Shown here: positions 17,227 through 19,081 of the stretch, piece by piece
Numbering within the stretch: the stretch's first letter is position 1
Layout of the letters: each line of letters begins with the position of its first letter
Source: a virus
Lineage: Duplodnaviria > Heunggongvirae > Uroviricota > Caudoviricetes
Strand: one strand, 5' to 3'
Virus record (IMG/VR): IMGVR_UViG_2711768040_000017
DNA: 19,081 nucleotides
The notes under the pieces: generated by a model
The model's input: the letters and a program-made list of their open reading frames with translations, nothing else
The model's database searches: none
Told to the model about the DNA's origin: nothing
Position numbers and translations under genes: made by a program

Positions 17227-17545
17227 GTCAATACAAAGGATGCTTCGTCTTTATTATAGTAATCTGAGGCGTCGGGTGTCTTGTATCAGACAACATATTG
17301 TCCCGCTAAACAGCGAATTACAAACCACCCTGCAATGATCTCTCATCTCATTTTATATGAGTTGACGACATCAGGATAACGCATCATCAGCCCCTGCCAA
17401 GAAATATCAAAACTCCCGCCAGCAATGTGTTATCACAATATTGTAAAAAAAACACAGCACCGAAACTATAACTGGTCTCTGTTATAATTTGGAGCAGAAA
17501 GACCAGTTGCCCAACTAGCAGCATTCTCCCCTGCTTTCCTGACGT

Positions 17546-17572
17546 AAAAAAACCGCATTAAGCGGTTTTTTT
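17546..17572. terminator. Bidirectional terminator hairpin ~80-105 nt downstream of the Q stop (tR'-like)
   Basis: aaaaaaa-ccgc-attaa-gcgg-ttttttt: perfectly symmetric A7/T7 arms around a short GC stem, so it presents a U-tract in either orientation. Confidence 0.5.
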
Positions 17573-17573
17573 A

Positions 17574-17652
17574 CGATGTCCATGTCTGCAATCCGCCTCG
17601 CGATACAGCTGTGCGAAGCATAGCAAAATTGAAGCAGTTTATACGTAAGAAA
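17574..17652 (-). promoter_or_regulatory. Putative late-promoter (PR'-like) and Q-utilisation region
   Basis: 79-bp noncoding segment between the Q stop and the first terminator, with TTGATT and TATAAA/TTCAAT-like hexamers on the minus strand. Placement is by analogy to lambda, 82 and 21; hexamers are weak. Confidence 0.25.
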
Positions 17653-18195
17653 TCAAGCCATTTTCTCAGCAAATGATTCACGCATGGGAATATATAGGGC
17701 ATACTCAGCAACAGCTAACCAATTAGCAATCCGTTTTTCGCATGTGCTAAAACACCACTCTGGGTGTCCATCATTTAGCAATTCAGCCATTTTGCGCTTA
17801 GTCATCCCCCGCCCTTCATAGCGTTGCCGGAGAATGCAAATCAATCCTGGATGCTCTGCCAGCACCTCACTTATGACTCGATCAATACATAACGCCTCTG
17901 CATCAGTACAATGCGCCAGCCAGCTCTTTTGCTTGCCGTTGATCATCTCTCGCAAAAACGCTTCCAGCTCAGCTTTCTCTATTCCCGCTTTTTTCATTCT
18001 ACGCAGGGCTTCATTAATGGCTGTTTTCGTCAGTTTTTTGGATGCCAACAACTGATTGAACATATTCCCTGACCTGCCACCGCCAATATACGACCAGCGC
18101 CCCCACATACGTAGTTTTCCCTGAATCCAGACACTTTCCAGCGTGGTGAGGCGAAGGTGTTCTCCGCTTTTTCCTGTATTCGTTGGGTAAATCAT
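17653..18195 (-). CDS. Putative late-gene antiterminator (Q-like), 180 aa
   Basis: Last gene before a short leader plus terminator and the lysis genes; Cys pairs (HC..C, C..C) could form a zinc site; start overlaps the upstream gene (coupled). No unambiguous family motif recognised. Confidence 0.45.
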   Translation of the reverse strand: MIYPTNTGKSGEHLRLTTLESVWIQGKLRMWGRWSYIGGGRSGNMFNQLLASKKLTKTAINEALRRMKKAGIEKAELEAFLREMINGKQKSWLAHCTDAEALCIDRVISEVLAEHPGLICILRQRYEGRGMTKRKMAELLNDGHPEWCFSTCEKRIANWLAVAEYALYIPMRESFAEKMA

Positions 18196-18482
18196 AAATG
18201 ACCTTTCTTTCTCCAGATTTCTTGTGTGCGAAAAACCCCTTCAGCATGCATCAGGCGCAATTCTTCTTTGGTGTAATCGCTGGTTTTTACCCGCCCGTCG
18301 ATTAGATCGTGGCATGAGCTACAGGCTATCGCCGCCTGCATATCGTGTGGTTTTGTCGCTGTTCCGCACGTCCCCGCCAGCCTGTAATGCGCCAGCACAG
18401 AGGTTTCGGGATTGTGATTGCAGTAGCCAGGGATTCTGATCTGGCACATCTGGCCTTTAGCCGCTTTACGTAAATTCACCAT
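18192..18482 (-). CDS. Cys-rich small nin-region protein (96 aa), YbcO/DUF1364-like putative zinc-binding nuclease
   Basis: CQIRIPGYC .. CSSCHDLIDGR cysteine/histidine pattern; size and position match the nin-region small nuclease genes of lambdoid prophages. Confidence 0.4.
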   Translation of the reverse strand: MVNLRKAAKGQMCQIRIPGYCNHNPETSVLAHYRLAGTCGTATKPHDMQAAIACSSCHDLIDGRVKTSDYTKEELRLMHAEGVFRTQEIWRKKGHL

Positions 18483-19081
18483 TACGCAAACTCCAGTAGT
18501 TGTGCGGCCACATTTTCAACTTCCTCCTGAGAGGAGAATTTACGAAACAGAATCCAGTTCCACAGCACATTCAGTACAGATTTATAAACCTGCTGAAACT
18601 CGACTTCGTCCATATTCGCAAAAGCGATGGATTTTGCCCGACGCCCACGGCTACCGTCCGGATAAATATGCTCGGTGTAAAATCCGGCCTGAATGGTTAC
18701 CCACTCGCGGAAAGCCTCAAACGACTTTAGCAACGCCGTATCCCGGGTTCTACGAGTCGCAACGGTGTTAAGGTATTGCTCTGCGGCATCACTCAGGGCT
18801 GGCGTGTGTTCCCGACCAACTGATTCGCACAGGTAATCAACGAAACCAGACAGCAGTTCTCGTTCGCGAGGCGTGATCGCCCCACCGACCGGAGTCCAGT
18901 AATCGAATCCCAGTTGCAGGAGTTTGAAAAAACGCTTGTGGAATGCGTAGTTACGCACACGCTTAAAGTCTGCGTGTATCCACTCACCTATTTTGATTTG
19001 ATGCAGAAAATCGCAACTCTCCGGCGTCGCCGGGAGAAGTAAACCAGAAGAAGTTTGTTTGACCAGTTGTATATGCGCCAT
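18482..19081 (-). CDS. Hypothetical nin-region phage protein (199 aa)
   Basis: ORF whose ATG sits at the window edge and whose stop overlaps the next gene start; no family recognised with confidence. Confidence 0.35.
   Translation of the reverse strand: MAHIQLVKQTSSGLLLPATPESCDFLHQIKIGEWIHADFKRVRNYAFHKRFFKLLQLGFDYWTPVGGAITPRERELLSGFVDYLCESVGREHTPALSDAAEQYLNTVATRRTRDTALLKSFEAFREWVTIQAGFYTEHIYPDGSRGRRAKSIAFANMDEVEFQQVYKSVLNVLWNWILFRKFSSQEEVENVAAQLLEFA

Noticed and set aside
17834-18771. Plus-strand ORFs antisense to the Q-like and nin-region genes (17834-18055, 18224-18439, 18500-18771), and the minus-strand 18014-18247 and 18793-18987 alternative frames
   Set aside because: Overlap a set of translationally coupled minus-strand genes; no independent evidence.

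Overview
This window is the late (lysis and morphogenesis) arm of a lambdoid, Rac-like prophage from an E. coli-like enterobacterium. Every credible gene is on the minus strand, so transcription runs from high to low coordinates. In that order: nin-region genes (199-aa hypothetical, Cys-rich 96-aa protein), a Q-like antiterminator, a short leader with hairpin terminators, a ~2.2 kb accessory locus, a phage-21-type lysis cassette (dual-start pinholin S, SAR endolysin R, Rz with embedded Rz1), AT-rich trkG, a ParB-like nuclease, a DXD-motif protein, a small HTH protein, terminase small and large subunits, a portal-like protein, tail chaperone G/GT with an A_AAA_AAG -1 frameshift site, tape measure protein, and a chimeric gpM::gpJ tail-tip ORF. 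The most interesting part is the accessory locus between Q and the holin: two tandem lipoproteins whose C-termini closely resemble TolA domain III, with their own promoter and flanking terminators. Head, head-tail joining, tail tube and L/K/I genes are absent, so the prophage looks defective. All calls rest on reading the supplied ORF translations and sequence against remembered protein families; no database search was run.
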